Assembly: GCF_006345805.1 (NCBI RefSeq)
Contig: NC_042997.1
Coordinates: 58,528,001-58,592,000 of the forward strand
Direction: 5' to 3'
Length of the DNA stretch: 64,000 nucleotides
From: Octopus sinensis
Lineage: Eukaryota
The notes under the pieces are model-generated. The model was not told the origin of the DNA. It did no database searches and saw nothing but the letters and a program-made list of their open reading frames with translations. Below are positions 51,150-63,948 of the stretch, in pieces. The translations under genes were made by a program, and so were the position numbers. Numbering within the stretch: the stretch's first letter is position 1; each line of letters opens with the position of its first letter.

Positions 51150-51342
51150 CCACCACTTCACAACCAGTGTTGGCATGTTTACATCCGCTTAACTTAGTGG
51201 CTAACCAAAAGAAACGAGAGAATATGAACCAGGCTTAAAAAAAGATGTAATAGGTACTGGGTTGATTCGTTCGATTAAAATTCTTCAAGGCAGTGCTCCG
51301 GCATGGCCGCAGTCTAATGACTGAAATAGGTAAAAGGTAACA
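51150..51342 (+). mobile_element. SINE family C 3' tail
   Basis: ccagtgttggcatgtttacatccgcttaacttagtgg...gcagtgctccggcatggccgcagtctaatgactgaaataggtaaaagg. Confidence 0.7.
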
Positions 51343-51343
51343 G

Positions 51344-51363
<20 letters not shown>

Positions 51364-51412
<49 letters not shown>

Positions 51413-51716
51413 TCTGTGTGTGTGTATGTGTGTGTGCGCGCATGCGTGCATATATAAATATGAATATATATATGTATATACAAATATATATATACATATA
51501 TACACACGTATATGTTCGTGTATCTACGTATGCATACACATACATATATATGAGTGATTGTGTGTGTATAAGTGGTCGTCTGCATGTATATGTATATATA
51601 TATATATATGTATGCTTGTATATATATATATATACATACATACATATATACATACATACATATATATATATATATATTATATATATATATATTATATATA
51701 TATATATGTATGCTTG

Positions 51717-51749
<33 letters not shown>

Positions 51750-51831
51750 TATATATATATATACATATACATGCAGACGACCACTTATACACACACATTC
51801 ACGAACACACACACACACATATATATATATA

Positions 51832-51928
<97 letters not shown>

Positions 51929-52596
51929 CTGTGTGTGTGTATGTGTGTATCACTAAAACTCAAGAATTAACCAACTGATTTCATTCAAGTTTACACACGC
52001 CTTACTTAGGGCCCATGCAGTGTCATTGGCTAAAAAATTTTTCAATGTCAGATATCTCTGCTAGTATGTATGTGTGTGTGTGTGTGTTTGTGTTTGTGTG
52101 CGTGTTTGTGTGTGTGTGTGTGTGTGCGTGCGTGTGCGTGTTTGTGTGTGATTTACTAATATAAATAAGATTTAAGTAGAAATTATATATATATATATAT
52201 ACAAGTAAAAGATATGGAATTTAAAAATATAAATGAAGTAAGATTTAGTTATAAATAATGTACATATAAAAGTAAAAAACATACATATATATATACATAT
52301 AAGAATATATTAGAAAAAAGGTATATACATATATACATATTTACACTTATGTATGCTTGAGTGTCTGCAAATCTAACGGCGGCCTCAAAAGACATAGATC
52401 AGAACTTAAATACAGCTCATGATCGTCCAAAACGGATATGCAATCTATGTGGGTGTCTTTTCAAAACATTGTCCGGTTTAAAATGCGGCATCAGACGCCA
52501 TGATGGTTTTAAGGTGTAGGTACAGGAGGTGGTCAAACTCTGCATAAGGAGTAGGCAACCGTGTGTATGTGTGTGTGTGTATGTGTGTGTGTGGTG

Positions 52597-52627
<31 letters not shown>

Positions 52628-52855
52628 TGTGTGTGTGTGTCTGTGTGTGTGTATGTGTGTGTGCGCGCATGCGTGCATATATAAATATGAATATATATAT
52701 GTATATACAAATATATATATACATATATACACACGTATATGTTCGTGTATCTACGTATGCATACACATACATATATATGAGTGATTGTGTGTGTATAAGT
52801 GGTCGTCTGCATGTATCTGTATATATATATATATATATTATATATATATATATAC

Positions 52856-52914
<59 letters not shown>

Positions 52915-53007
52915 CTTGTATATATATATATATAATATATATATATATACATATACATGCAGACGACCACTTATACACACACATTCACGAACACACACAC
53001 ACATATA

Positions 53008-53047
<40 letters not shown>

Positions 53048-53700
53048 TGTTTGTTTGTCTGTGTGTGTATGTGTGTATCACTAAAACTCAAGAATTAACC
53101 AACTGATTTCATTCAAAGTTTACACACGCCTTACTTAGGGCCCATGCAGTGTCATTGGCTAAAAAATTTTTCAATGTCAGATATCTCTGCTAGTATGTAT
53201 GTGTGTGTGTGTGTGTTTGTGTTTGTGTGCGTGTTTGTGTGTGTGTGCGTGCGTGTGCGTGTTTGTGTGTGATTTACTAATATAAATAAGATTTAAGTAG
53301 AAATTATATATATATATATACAAGTAAAAGATATGGAATTTAAAAATATAAATGAAGTAAGATTTAGTTATAAATAATGTACATATAAAAGTAAAAACAT
53401 ACATATATATATACATATAAGAATATATTAGAAAAAAGGTATATACATATATACATATTTACACTTATGTATGCTTGAGTGTCTGCAAATCTAACGGCGG
53501 CCTCAAAAGACATAGATCAGAACTTAAATACAGCTCATGATCGTCCAAAACGGATATGCAATCTATGTGGGTGTCTTTTCAAAACATTGTCCGGTTTAAA
53601 ATGCGGCATCAGACGCCATGATGGTTTTAAGGTGTAGGTACAGGAGGTGGTCAAACTCTGCATAAGGAGTAGGCAACCGTGTGTATGTGTGTGTGTGTAT
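51364..53700. repeat. Tandem duplication of a ~1.15-1.2-kb unit (51364-52560 / 52561-~53700)
   Basis: Unique markers recur: gcgcgcatgcgtgc 51436/52663, caagaattaacc 51961/53089, ggagtaggcaacc ~52548/53666. Differences lie mainly in microsatellite and homopolymer lengths. Confidence 0.9.
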
Positions 53701-53812
53701 GTGTGTGTGTGTGTGTGTGGTGTGTGTGTGTGTGTGTGTGTGTGCGTGTGTGTGTGTGCGCGCGTGTTTGTTTGTGTATATATTACATTATATATATTAT
53801 ATAATATGTATG

Positions 53813-54390
53813 TACAGGGTGAGGCAGGGAGGATGGTCGTTTTTGAAATGGCTATTTACTCAGCCCCAGTGGGAGGTAGATATGTCCGACAGGTACCATT
53901 CCGTCTGTGAGTTTTAGAAATTGTTTTTCTTTTCAAATGAAACCATGGCACTGTGGACGATAGAGCATCAAGTGTTTGCCTACGACAGTTACGTGAAGAA
54001 TAGCGAGTCTGTCAGCAGTTCAGCGTGAGTTTCGGCGCCACTTCAACATTCACCGAAATCAGGCTGTTCCCACTCGTAACACAATCTTACGGTGGGTGAA
54101 TGCACTTCGTACACGAGGTACACTAATGAATAGAAGACCGATAGGAGCGCCACGAACGGTACGGACCCCGGAAAATGTGGAAAAAGTCAGACAAGCTTTG
54201 ATACAGAGTCTAAATCATTTTGCTCGGAAGCATTCCACTGAACCATGCATCAGTAATCGATCGGTATGGCGTATTTTGCATGAAGACTGCATTTCCACTC
54301 GTACAAATTGGTCATTGGGCAACAGTTGAAACACCACAAGACAGCAATACTCGGCCGCTGCACGAGTGCGTGAAGAACGGTTTCGTCGCT
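53813..54390 (+). mobile_element. Tc1/mariner-family 5' fragment (DUF4817-like HTH N-terminus), two frameshifts, 3'-truncated
   Basis: TA-CAGGGTG terminus. ATG at 53945 gives MALWTIEHQVFAYDSYVKNSES, then VQREFRRHFNIHRNQAVPTRNTILRWVNALRTRGT...PRTVRTPENVEKVRQAL. Confidence 0.85.
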
Positions 54391-55367
54391 CTGCACACAT
54401 CTCGGACAATTCCGCCTGATAGCTTTTCCGAATCTGTAGTTTATCTCGAACCGAAAGTTCTCCTCGGTAGCCCTGCCAAGCCAAGAATTTCTGGAATTTA
54501 TTCATGGTAGTAGCGGGCCTGACCGTCCTCCGAAACAGTCGAGCTAGTTCATCCTCGTTGGTGCCTAGAGTTTCCTCAAGTACGTTCGTTCTTACCCACC
54601 TCTAGATTTCTCTATATTACTAACGTAGAACTTCCACCGACCGCACTGACCGACTGAGGTAAGATGATAATGAGGATGATGATTGTGATCGCGATGACGA
54701 TGGTAATGATGGAGAGATGATGATTATTATATCTAGCATAGACAAAAACTACTCACGCATATTTTTTTTCGAGAGGAAGAAGGAAAGAAAAGACAAAGCG
54801 TAGGCATTTCAATCAGCGCCAATAGTGTTGCTTTGTTTTGTCATATTTTTCTTATTGTAGTTTTTGATGCTTATGCTTATATTCTGTTTGCGAGAGCATG
54901 TACAGATATGTTTAAATAAACATACATACCAGTACGTATATGCACCTATATGTGTGCGGATTTCGGCGAGAGAATTCGTACGTTAAAAAAATCACGCTTC
55001 AGGGAAATTAAAAAATCGTTTGAGTTGTTTTCATTGATGTCTCTGATGTTGCTTTTTGTTGTTCATATGGCTGTAGGTATGACTTGTTCAGAACTTGCTG
55101 ATTTCGTTCAACTTCGAAGTGGTTATATTTATGGATGGACGAAGCGTTAATTATTCAAACAAACCGTTTGTAAATGTGTGTGCATCTACGCGCGCGCGAG
55201 TGCGTGTGGGCGCGACTGTGTGTATGCGTGTGTATGCGTGTGTATACGCGAGCGGATGTGTAGCGTAAGAGTCACTCTTGAAATACATTACACTATTGAG
55301 TACTTCTGTAATTGAAAATGATGATTACAATAATAATAAGGATAATAATAATAACAAATATAACAAC

Positions 55368-55426
<59 letters not shown>

Positions 55427-55427
<1 letters not shown>

Positions 55428-55675
55428 GACTAAAGGTCGTGCCTATAATGATTGATGCGTTGGGAACAGTAACCCAAGATATAGGTAAATGACTGAAGGA
55501 GATTGAAATAGAATGCCCGTTAGAGCTCCCACAGAAAGTTTGCCTCTTAGGGACAGAAAGGATTATCAGAAGAGTTCTAAGCACTTGAAAGACCGTCGAA
55601 AATATGTAGATACCTATCCACAAAAATCCTACCAGGAATAAGACAAAACCTGAGCTTTGTTTCTATAATAATAAT
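55427..55675 (+). mobile_element. 5'-truncated R4/Dong copy with (AAT)n on both sides
   Basis: TKVVPIMIDALGTV...ELPQKVCLLGTERIIRRVLST*. (AAT)n 55368-55426 upstream, taataataa at the 3' end. Confidence 0.8.
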
Positions 55676-55676
55676 T

Positions 55677-55815
55677 TTACCACAAGGGCAGCATTTTGGG
55701 GGGAGGGGATGAGTCGATTACTTCGACCCTAATGGTCGACTGGTACTTATTTTATCGACCCCAGAAAGATGAAACACAATGTCGACCGCGGAAGGATTGA
55801 AACTCAGAACGTCAA
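55677..55815 (-). mobile_element. SINE family M, 5'-truncated
   Basis: ggggatgagtcgattacttcgacc...ggtacttattttatcgaccccagaaagatgaaacac. Confidence 0.75.
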
Positions 55816-55847
55816 AGATTTGAACTCATAATAAAACACTTTTCTCT

Positions 55848-56135
55848 TAGATCAATCCCTGATCAACTTTTTCAAGTTTCACTTGAAGAGGAAAATAAGG
55901 GTACACAGGGAAGTGTTGCCTTCTAGCCAGTTTGCTGAAAGGTAGATGAAAGCGGTGACTATGGTGCGAATGAATGGGCCTGTTCTGAGTATACGCCTGT
56001 AATTGGAGAAGAGGAAAGAGATAAAGACACCTGCTCCAAAAGTCAGGGCACCCATGGTTTTTATGAGGTTTTACCATGAGCAACCCTCGGATGTCTCCTT
56101 CCTATTGAGGATTACACATCGTTGTTTATGCGCAA
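55848..56135 (+). mobile_element. Tx1/L1-clade LINE 3' end
   Basis: QSLINFFKFHLKRKIRVHREVLPSSQFAER*MKAVTMVRMNG resembles the ORF2 C-terminus, followed by a UTR-like tail. Confidence 0.5.
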
Positions 56136-56261
56136 AACCCCCACAGCAACACACACTCACACACATACACAGACACATTCTTTGTTTTGTCATGTACAGT
56201 TCATAATGCCTTTCATCATCATCATTATTATTATTACAATTATTACTATTATATGAAAATT

Positions 56262-56535
56262 TGCAGTTTATTTTGTTGGGTATGATGGAAAGTGTCAGTT
56301 GTCCACAGGCAGTAGACAAAGGTGACACTTGTTTACTGGTCATGCTTCAAAACTCTGCGAAGAATTCTTGCAGTTCCAAGTAATGCTGATTTTTGGAGGT
56401 GTTCTACCTTCACACTTGCACCACTCTTTTTCAGCCATGTTGGTAACTGAGTGCTGATACTTCGAAGTGCACCAATTATTATTGGTATCACGTTTACTCT
56501 CTTCATTGACCACAACCTTCGTGTTAGCGGCAAGA
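56262..56535 (-). mobile_element. R4/Dong 3' end of another subfamily
   Basis: VNVIPIIIGALRSISTQLPTWLKK...HLQKSALLGTARILRRVL; 3' UTR followed by degenerate (TAA)n at 56217-56254. Confidence 0.85.
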
Positions 56536-56539
56536 ATGG

Positions 56540-56980
56540 CCCTGACCATTTCTTTGAGGCGAAATACGAAGGGTGCGTTATCAGAGCTAAGGCTCGTGTG
56601 CGAAGGAACTAAAGCCGTCCGATGGACCCGAACAGTAGAGATGCGACGTGGAAACAAACCACGATCAAGTCCTTGACAGAGCAGGACGGACGCGTGCTAC
56701 TCGGATCTGAGCAGATGTGTGCGGCTTTCCAGCAGCACTTTGCGTGGCTGTTTGGGGAGGGTGATGGGTTGACGACGGTAGAGAACTTTACTTTGTACCT
56801 AGACGGCCTACCTAGAGGGATCTCGGTGACGGATGCGAATTTTGCGAAAAGTCGATTACAGCCTCTGAAATACAGGAGGCGATGAGCGATTGTGCAAATC
56901 GGAAATTGCCCGGTTTGAATGGTCTGCCCAACGGATTCTATGTTTTCATGCCAGATTTGTTTGGCAGCCTCTTGGCACAT
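56540..56980 (+). mobile_element. Tx1/L1-clade ORF2 fragment (endonuclease-RT linker to start of RT)
   Basis: TIKSLTEQDGRVLLGSEQMCAAFQQHFAWLFG...YLDGLPR, then frameshifted KSPGLDGLPxE-like SEIARFEWSAQR. Confidence 0.65.
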
Positions 56981-57119
56981 GTATGTGTGTGTGTGTATGT
57001 GTGTGTGTGTGTGTGTTATATATAAATAAGTGGATGTATATATATGTGTATTTAGCTCCCTGCGGGCAATAAATATAAAAATATATATATGTATATGTGT
57101 GTGTGTGTGGGGGGGTCAT

Positions 57120-57398
57120 TTTAGAAAAAACACCGCTCTACCTGCAACACCAATGTTGACCAGGCGGTCAAGACGAAAGTGGTGTTCGAAAACCTTCCAA
57201 AGGACACTATTAGGAACGCTAACGCCAAATTCCGGAGCCATCTTGAGGCCATAGTGGAACGGTTGCTGGGAGTAAACTGTTATCTCCCAGCCATAATCTA
57301 GTTGGTAAGTTTTGGTTTTTAAAATACTTTTATGTATGTATAGGATATTTATATTTCTTTTCCTTTCATACAAGCTGTTAAATTTTGCCTGAAATCCT

Positions 57399-57402
<4 letters not shown>
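57120..57402 (+). mobile_element. maT/DD37D-like 3' fragment, same family as 14071-14535
   Basis: HRSTCNT...VFENLPKDTIRNANAKFRSHLEAIVE; terminus ctgttaaattttgcctgaaatccttgta. Confidence 0.7.
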
Positions 57403-57437
<35 letters not shown>

Positions 57438-58144
57438 GCACTGTGAAATTAGCGGGTGCTTTTTATTTGTGTGAGATGCGGACTTTCTCCCCTACTTTTG
57501 ATATATACTAGTCTGGCGTGTACTAGTCTGGTGTGTACTAGTCTGACTTTACTATAGATGTACCACACGAAGCGGAAGGCTTCAGTGGTTTCCTTCCATA
57601 CAATCTAATGAGTTAGAAGCATTAGTCATTGGTAGCATATATAAATTTATACTAGGAAATTATTTTTGCTAGAGTAATTTAGTTCCTTCAGAGAAAATAA
57701 TTTCATATACTATTCTGGTTCAAATAAACCTAAGGTCAATTTTGCATTAACCTTAGATTAATTCTAAAGTCAGCATAACTTAAATTCAAACAAGTTTTAA
57801 ATTCAAATTCCAAAATGGAAGTCTGAAATATTTCCATTAAAACAGTTGCAGTCAGGAATAATATATGTGTTGCATCTCATGAAATACATGAAAGCCGAAT
57901 TATTCTAGAAACTGGCTGGAACTGGTAATAGAGTGATGCTTATATAATGTTCTCGAACAGTGTGTTTTGCTGATATTGAAAGCAATGTGGTTGTTAATGT
58001 GAAAGAAGAATGTGTTTTTCTATATAAAAGAAAAAAATTCTGCCAAGAGAATTATTACAAAATCAAAATCTTTTAATAGGAAAAATATTTCTTTTTGTGA
58101 AGCTAATAAATATATTGCAGACTATATTTACTACGTTTATACAC

Positions 58145-58202
<58 letters not shown>

Positions 58203-58510
58203 CACTCACATATATATATATATAAATATACACAAATATTTACTGTAAACGGTCTAATTTACTGATTCAATAGAATTTATTTTAATTGAATTATGGTAAT
58301 AATTTTCAAATGAGATCTCTGGAGGAATATGGTCAGTCAATATCAGGAAATTGTGTTATTTCTTGTAGACGAAGTAATAAGAAATTCAAACACAGTTAAC
58401 ATCTTCTCACTACAAATATGCATGGACATATATAATATGTGTGTGCATGCGTATGTGTTTATATATGTGTACATATATATATATATATATATCATCTCCA
58501 AACTTTCTAA

Positions 58511-58578
<68 letters not shown>

Positions 58579-58614
58579 GTATGCACGTATACGGATACAT
58601 ATATATTTAAATAT

Positions 58615-59001
58615 GGAATGGAAGCACTCCGTCGGTTACGACGATGAGGGTTCCGGTTGATCCGAATCAACGGAACAGCCTGCTCGTGAAATTAACGTGT
58701 AAGTGGCTGAGCACTCCACATACACGTGTACCCTTAACGTAGTTCTCGGGGATATTCAGCGTGACACAGTGAGTGACAAGGCCGGCCCTGTGAAATACAG
58801 GTACAACAGAAACAGGAAGTAAGAGTGAGAGAAAGTTGTGGTGAAAGAGTACAGCAGGGATCACCACCATCCCCTGTCGGAGCCTCGTGGAGCTTTAGGT
58901 GTTTTCGCTCAATAAACACTCACAACGCCCGGTCTGGGAATCGAAACCGCGATCCTATGACCGCGAGTCCGCTGCCCTAACCAATGGGCCATTGCGCCTC
59001 C
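58615..59001 (-). mobile_element. Young chimeric SINE: family B head plus family A 3' module, 10-bp TSD
   Basis: Head tggaggcgcaatggcccattggttagggcagcggactcgcggtcataggatcgcggtttcgattccc. TSD atttaaatat at 58605-58614 and 59002-59011. Confidence 0.9.
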
Positions 59002-59060
59002 ATTTAAATATATATATATATATGTATTCTTATATATATAATCTCTCTCTGCCTCTGTCA

Positions 59061-59094
<34 letters not shown>

Positions 59095-59095
59095 T

Positions 59096-59144
<49 letters not shown>

Positions 59145-59298
59145 ACATATATATATATATTTTTATATTATATTGAGGGTACTACTATTCGTAGATACCA
59201 ACACGCTAAGAGGGACCAATGCGGTCAAAACTACTAAAAATAAACAAAATTTTACCGAATGCAAAACTTCAAAACACATCATTTTAAAATAGAATTCA

Positions 59299-59362
59299 GT
59301 TACATATCACATGTGATTTCGCATTTAATGCAGAATATGCATTTCATGTTCGTCAGTGCAAC
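59299..59362 (-). ncRNA. Type I hammerhead ribozyme motif with palindromic helix III
   Basis: gttgca-CTGACGA-acat-ga-aatgca-tattc-tgcatt-aa-atgc-GAA-ATCACATGTGAT-A-tgtaac. Helix I is 6 bp; the only defect is an A-C mismatch at the 10.1/11.1 closing pair. Confidence 0.65.
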
Positions 59363-59456
59363 AAACTCAAGAATATAAGAAAAAACATAACATTACAAAA
59401 ATATATATATATTAATATATATATTATATATATATATATAATATATATATATATAG

Positions 59457-59487
<31 letters not shown>

Positions 59488-59704
59488 TATATATATATAT
59501 ATATTATATATATATATATAATATATATCTATATATATATATATGTATATATATGTAAAAGTAAAAAATATACAAACGGGACAAGAACGTGAAACATTTA
59601 CTAGACGACACAAAAACACGGACGGGACATTCGAAGCTCTCAATCATCAGTCAAGAACCGGATCATCTTCGCAATTTCGTTGACCCTATACGTAAGTATA
59701 TACT

Positions 59705-59749
<45 letters not shown>

Positions 59750-59751
59750 TA

Positions 59752-59795
<44 letters not shown>

Positions 59796-59949
59796 GATAT
59801 AAGGGTGTACATGTGAGCGTGAATGCGCGTGCGAGTGTTTGTGGTGCGTATGTGTGTATATCTATATGAGTGGGCGAAGAAAGGAAATAATGTAGCACGG
59901 AACACATTTATTTAGAGTTCTATATATTTAATAGCAGACTAACCCCAGA

Positions 59950-59997
59950 GATCTGATGATGTGGGCGCGTTTTGTGTCCACGAAACTTTACGTAATC
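59950..59997 (+). ncRNA. Minimal type I hammerhead ribozyme motif
   Basis: gat-CTGATGA-t-gtgggcgc-gtttt-gtgtccac-GAAAC-tttac-GTA-atc. Core intact, helix II 8 bp, helix I only 3 bp. Confidence 0.6.
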
Positions 59998-61440
59998 AAA
60001 TTATGCAAATATATGCTAGTGCGAATATACTCTCTTTAAGATACCATTTTTACATCGATTTGATGTCATTGTGTTATATATTCCTATAGCGTATATGCAT
60101 AAGTATACATATGGCACGCATGTGAGAAAACGCTGGCAAGGCATACAATATGAAAGAAGGTCGAACGTCAACAAAGGAAAACTTTAAATAGAACTCTAAG
60201 ACGAAATGTAATTCTATTAAAAGAACGTGCATTTATAAAATTTATAAAGCAACGAAAAATTATTGAATAATGCCAATATATTTTAAAATATACACACGCA
60301 CGCACACACACAAACACACATTTATATACCAACATATATATACAAGCAGTTTTTGTGCATTTCTAATACTGTTAGTATTCGTTACTAAGCATAATATCAT
60401 CGTAAATACAATTATTCTATCTACGTTTATGTTTAGTGAAAAAATGAGCCTATCTCATTGAAAATTTTGTTAATATTTTGATGCAAAGCGGAAGAAAGAA
60501 GTGTATTGCTTGTTTATATATAACATGCCGTTATATAATCAAATATTGTTGGATACAAAATGAAAGTGAAGTGAAGCAAGCCGATATGTAGATATTTAAT
60601 AGAAATGAGTTCTTAGTACAACTTATGTTAAAGCAATGGGAATACCTACACATATGTGCCCTACTGACTTTGTTTCTTCATAACTTCTAGAAAAAGGATA
60701 TTATACATACATACCCAGACACACATACACACAAGCACGTACTCATGCACATACATATATACACGCATACACAGACACATACACACGCACATACATGTGT
60801 ATGTATGCATACATTCATACACGACAGTGTGGTTTCATTTGTTTACCAAATCTACATACAAAAGTTTGGTTGATTCGGAGCTATTGTAGAAGACATTGAC
60901 GTAAAGTGCCTCGCAGTGAGACTAAACTCAAGACCGCATGGTTATGAAGCAAGCTTTTAAATTCAATGCTACACCTCGATTCTGATCAGATTTATTCATT
61001 ATCAATGCCCTTTCTTGCATGACAGCCATTTTATAACATAGAGTGAACCCAAATTACATAATTTAATATACCATTTTCTTTTCAGATCGAATTGTGTAAT
61101 TTGAGAGAAATTTACCTGCTCTTTCTTGTGCGCCAGCGACCTCATAGACATTCACTGATTGATAAATTACGCTATCGAATGTGGCTTCTACAGTCGAGCA
61201 TTCAATTATAGGGAAATACATGGTGAAACAGTAATTTCGAAGTGAATTGAACGTGCAGTATATTTTCTATCTCTAAATAATATTGTTTTTTCTATACAGT
61301 CAACGCTCTTGCAGAAGCAATGCACATTGCAACACTTATTTTCTATTCCCTAAGGATTTTAAGTTCTAAGCAAATAACGAAACACTCAGATCAGGTCCCC
61401 CGCCACATACGCACACACACAACACACAGGCACGCATAAT

Positions 61441-61857
<417 letters not shown>

Positions 61858-62589
61858 TTTCATGTGTGCTATAGATGAAACCTGTAAAGCACAGTGAATA
61901 AAAATGTATTTACATATAAGCAGTAACAGCCTATGGCGAGCTATTTAGTCTTCTTTTGAGAAATAAATCCTTTGTTAAACAAAACAAATCAGTTTATGTT
62001 GTTATAAGTGATTAATCTAATACAGACTCTTCTACTGAGTCTCTATTCTCTATTGTATTTGAAGGTCCGAATTGTTCGTCTGGCCTCACTTTCCTCGAGG
62101 GCCTACTATTTCCCCATTTTCACTTTCGTTTTTTAATTTATTTATGTGCTATACTCCTTTCATGCAACTCAGTTTTCTCTTTAAAACACGCAAGTTCTTT
62201 ACCTATGGGATTTTAACTGCAGGCACTATTATCTATTCAGAAAAATTGTACGAAGTAAAACAAAACTGCAACCGATTGGCAATGTTACTACTCATAAATG
62301 GCGACCAATGGAAGGACTCTAACCAAGAAAATAGCATTCTTCAAAAGTCTATATTACGCGTAATGAGTTTTGGCTCTGGCACCCCGAAGGTACAAGAACA
62401 AGAATCGCTATCTTTAATATCTGAAGTGTCTTAAGAAAAATGTTCTAAATTTTGGAATATCTTATAAGTTTTTTTTTTAAATGATATTTTTAACAGTCAA
62501 AATTTTTAGCCACCAGTTGTTTTATTCTCTACTTTAAAATATCAGAGTTTCTAATTGATCATCTGGTGCGTATACACATATAAATATTG

Positions 62590-62780
62590 ATTTCAAATTT
62601 TGGCACAAAGCCAGCAATTTCGGAGAGAGGTAAGTCGATAACATCGACCCCAGTGCTCAAATGGTACCTATTTTATCGACCCTGAAGGGATGAAAGGTAA
62701 AGTTGACTCGACGGAATTTAAAGTCATAACGTAAAGACGGACGAAATGCCGCTAAGCATTGTTTACGGTATGCTAATGAT
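62590..62780 (-). mobile_element. SINE family M
   Basis: tttcaaattttggcacaaagccagcaatttc...catcgaccccagtgctcaaatggtacc...ccgctaagcatt. Confidence 0.8.
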
Positions 62781-63329
62781 TCACACATATAAATATTGAA
62801 AAATCAGAAATGCAATATAAACAATAAAGAAAGTTAAATGCAGTTTGTAGCCCATGTATATCGGTATGGCAAATATCAAAAAGCACAGTGACTCGAATCG
62901 CATAAAGTACTGAAGGGTAAAGATAATATTCCTTCGAAAAAATTTGCCAGTGCAGTCAGACACCCAAACACACACATAAACACACATGCTAGGAATTTGA
63001 AACAAATTTGCACTTGAAACAAATCTAATATTGAATTTTAAAATGGTGAACGGTGCTGACAAACATCCTGGTGGAGAACATCTACGAATGCAATAAGTTA
63101 GCTATTAATGCAATGAGTTAGCCATGGTTCTTACAGGACAAAAACATGGTGAAGCATTCCCAAGTAAAGTCTAGACAATACATTTCAAAGGATAACGGAG
63201 AGGCCTCTATGTTTATGGTCCACAAGAAAAAACAAAGATTATAGTAAAGAAGCTATGGTATAATTAAGTAAATTATTTATGTCGCTTATTCTACATTAAC
63301 GTTCATTCTGGGTAACGCAGGATACGTAC

Positions 63330-63386
<57 letters not shown>

Positions 63387-63404
63387 TATTGATAGGAATA
63401 TCGC

Positions 63405-63948
63405 CAATAATAATAAATGCAATCACTCGTTGAATTTGGGATTGGATAGTAAAAATAATTGTAACACTATTAATGGGAACATAGTTACAGAAATTTTGGC
63501 CAATGTTAGATTACCCCAACCTGTTGATAACTGTAATTTCAGAAACAGGAATCAATGTGTGTTTGGTAATCAATGCCTCAAGAGAGAGGCAGTTTATCAA
63601 TGCACTGTGGGTACACAATATAGCAGTAGGGTATACATCGGAGCAACTATGAATAGCATGAAACATAGACTTAATTATCATAGATATACTTTTAGAAATA
63701 AAAATAGGATGTACGCTACGGGTTAAGTACGTATATTTGGGAACTCAAAAGTAAGAACATAGATTTTAAATTAAATTGGAAAATACTAACTTCTGCACCT
63801 GTATATAATAGTAAAAATAAAAAATGCTCTCTATGTATTAATGACATTTTTTTCATCATCAAAGCTGGTATGCTTATTGTTAATAATATTAATGAGCGGA
63901 ATTTTTTTTGCATTCATAAACTACCGTACACTTTCTCTAGATTTAAAT
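63405..63948 (+). mobile_element. Penelope-like element GIY-YIG endonuclease domain, one frameshift
   Basis: CNFRNRNQCVFGNQCLKREAVYQCTV...VYIGAT...RLNYHRYTF...ATG, then in the shifted frame LSTYIWELKSKNIDFKLNWKILTSAPVYNSKNKKCSLC. Begins directly after (TA)n. Confidence 0.85.

Noticed and set aside
59620-59660. Minus-strand CTGATGA...GAATGTC
   Set aside because: Lacks A15.1 and helix I pairing; not a valid hammerhead.
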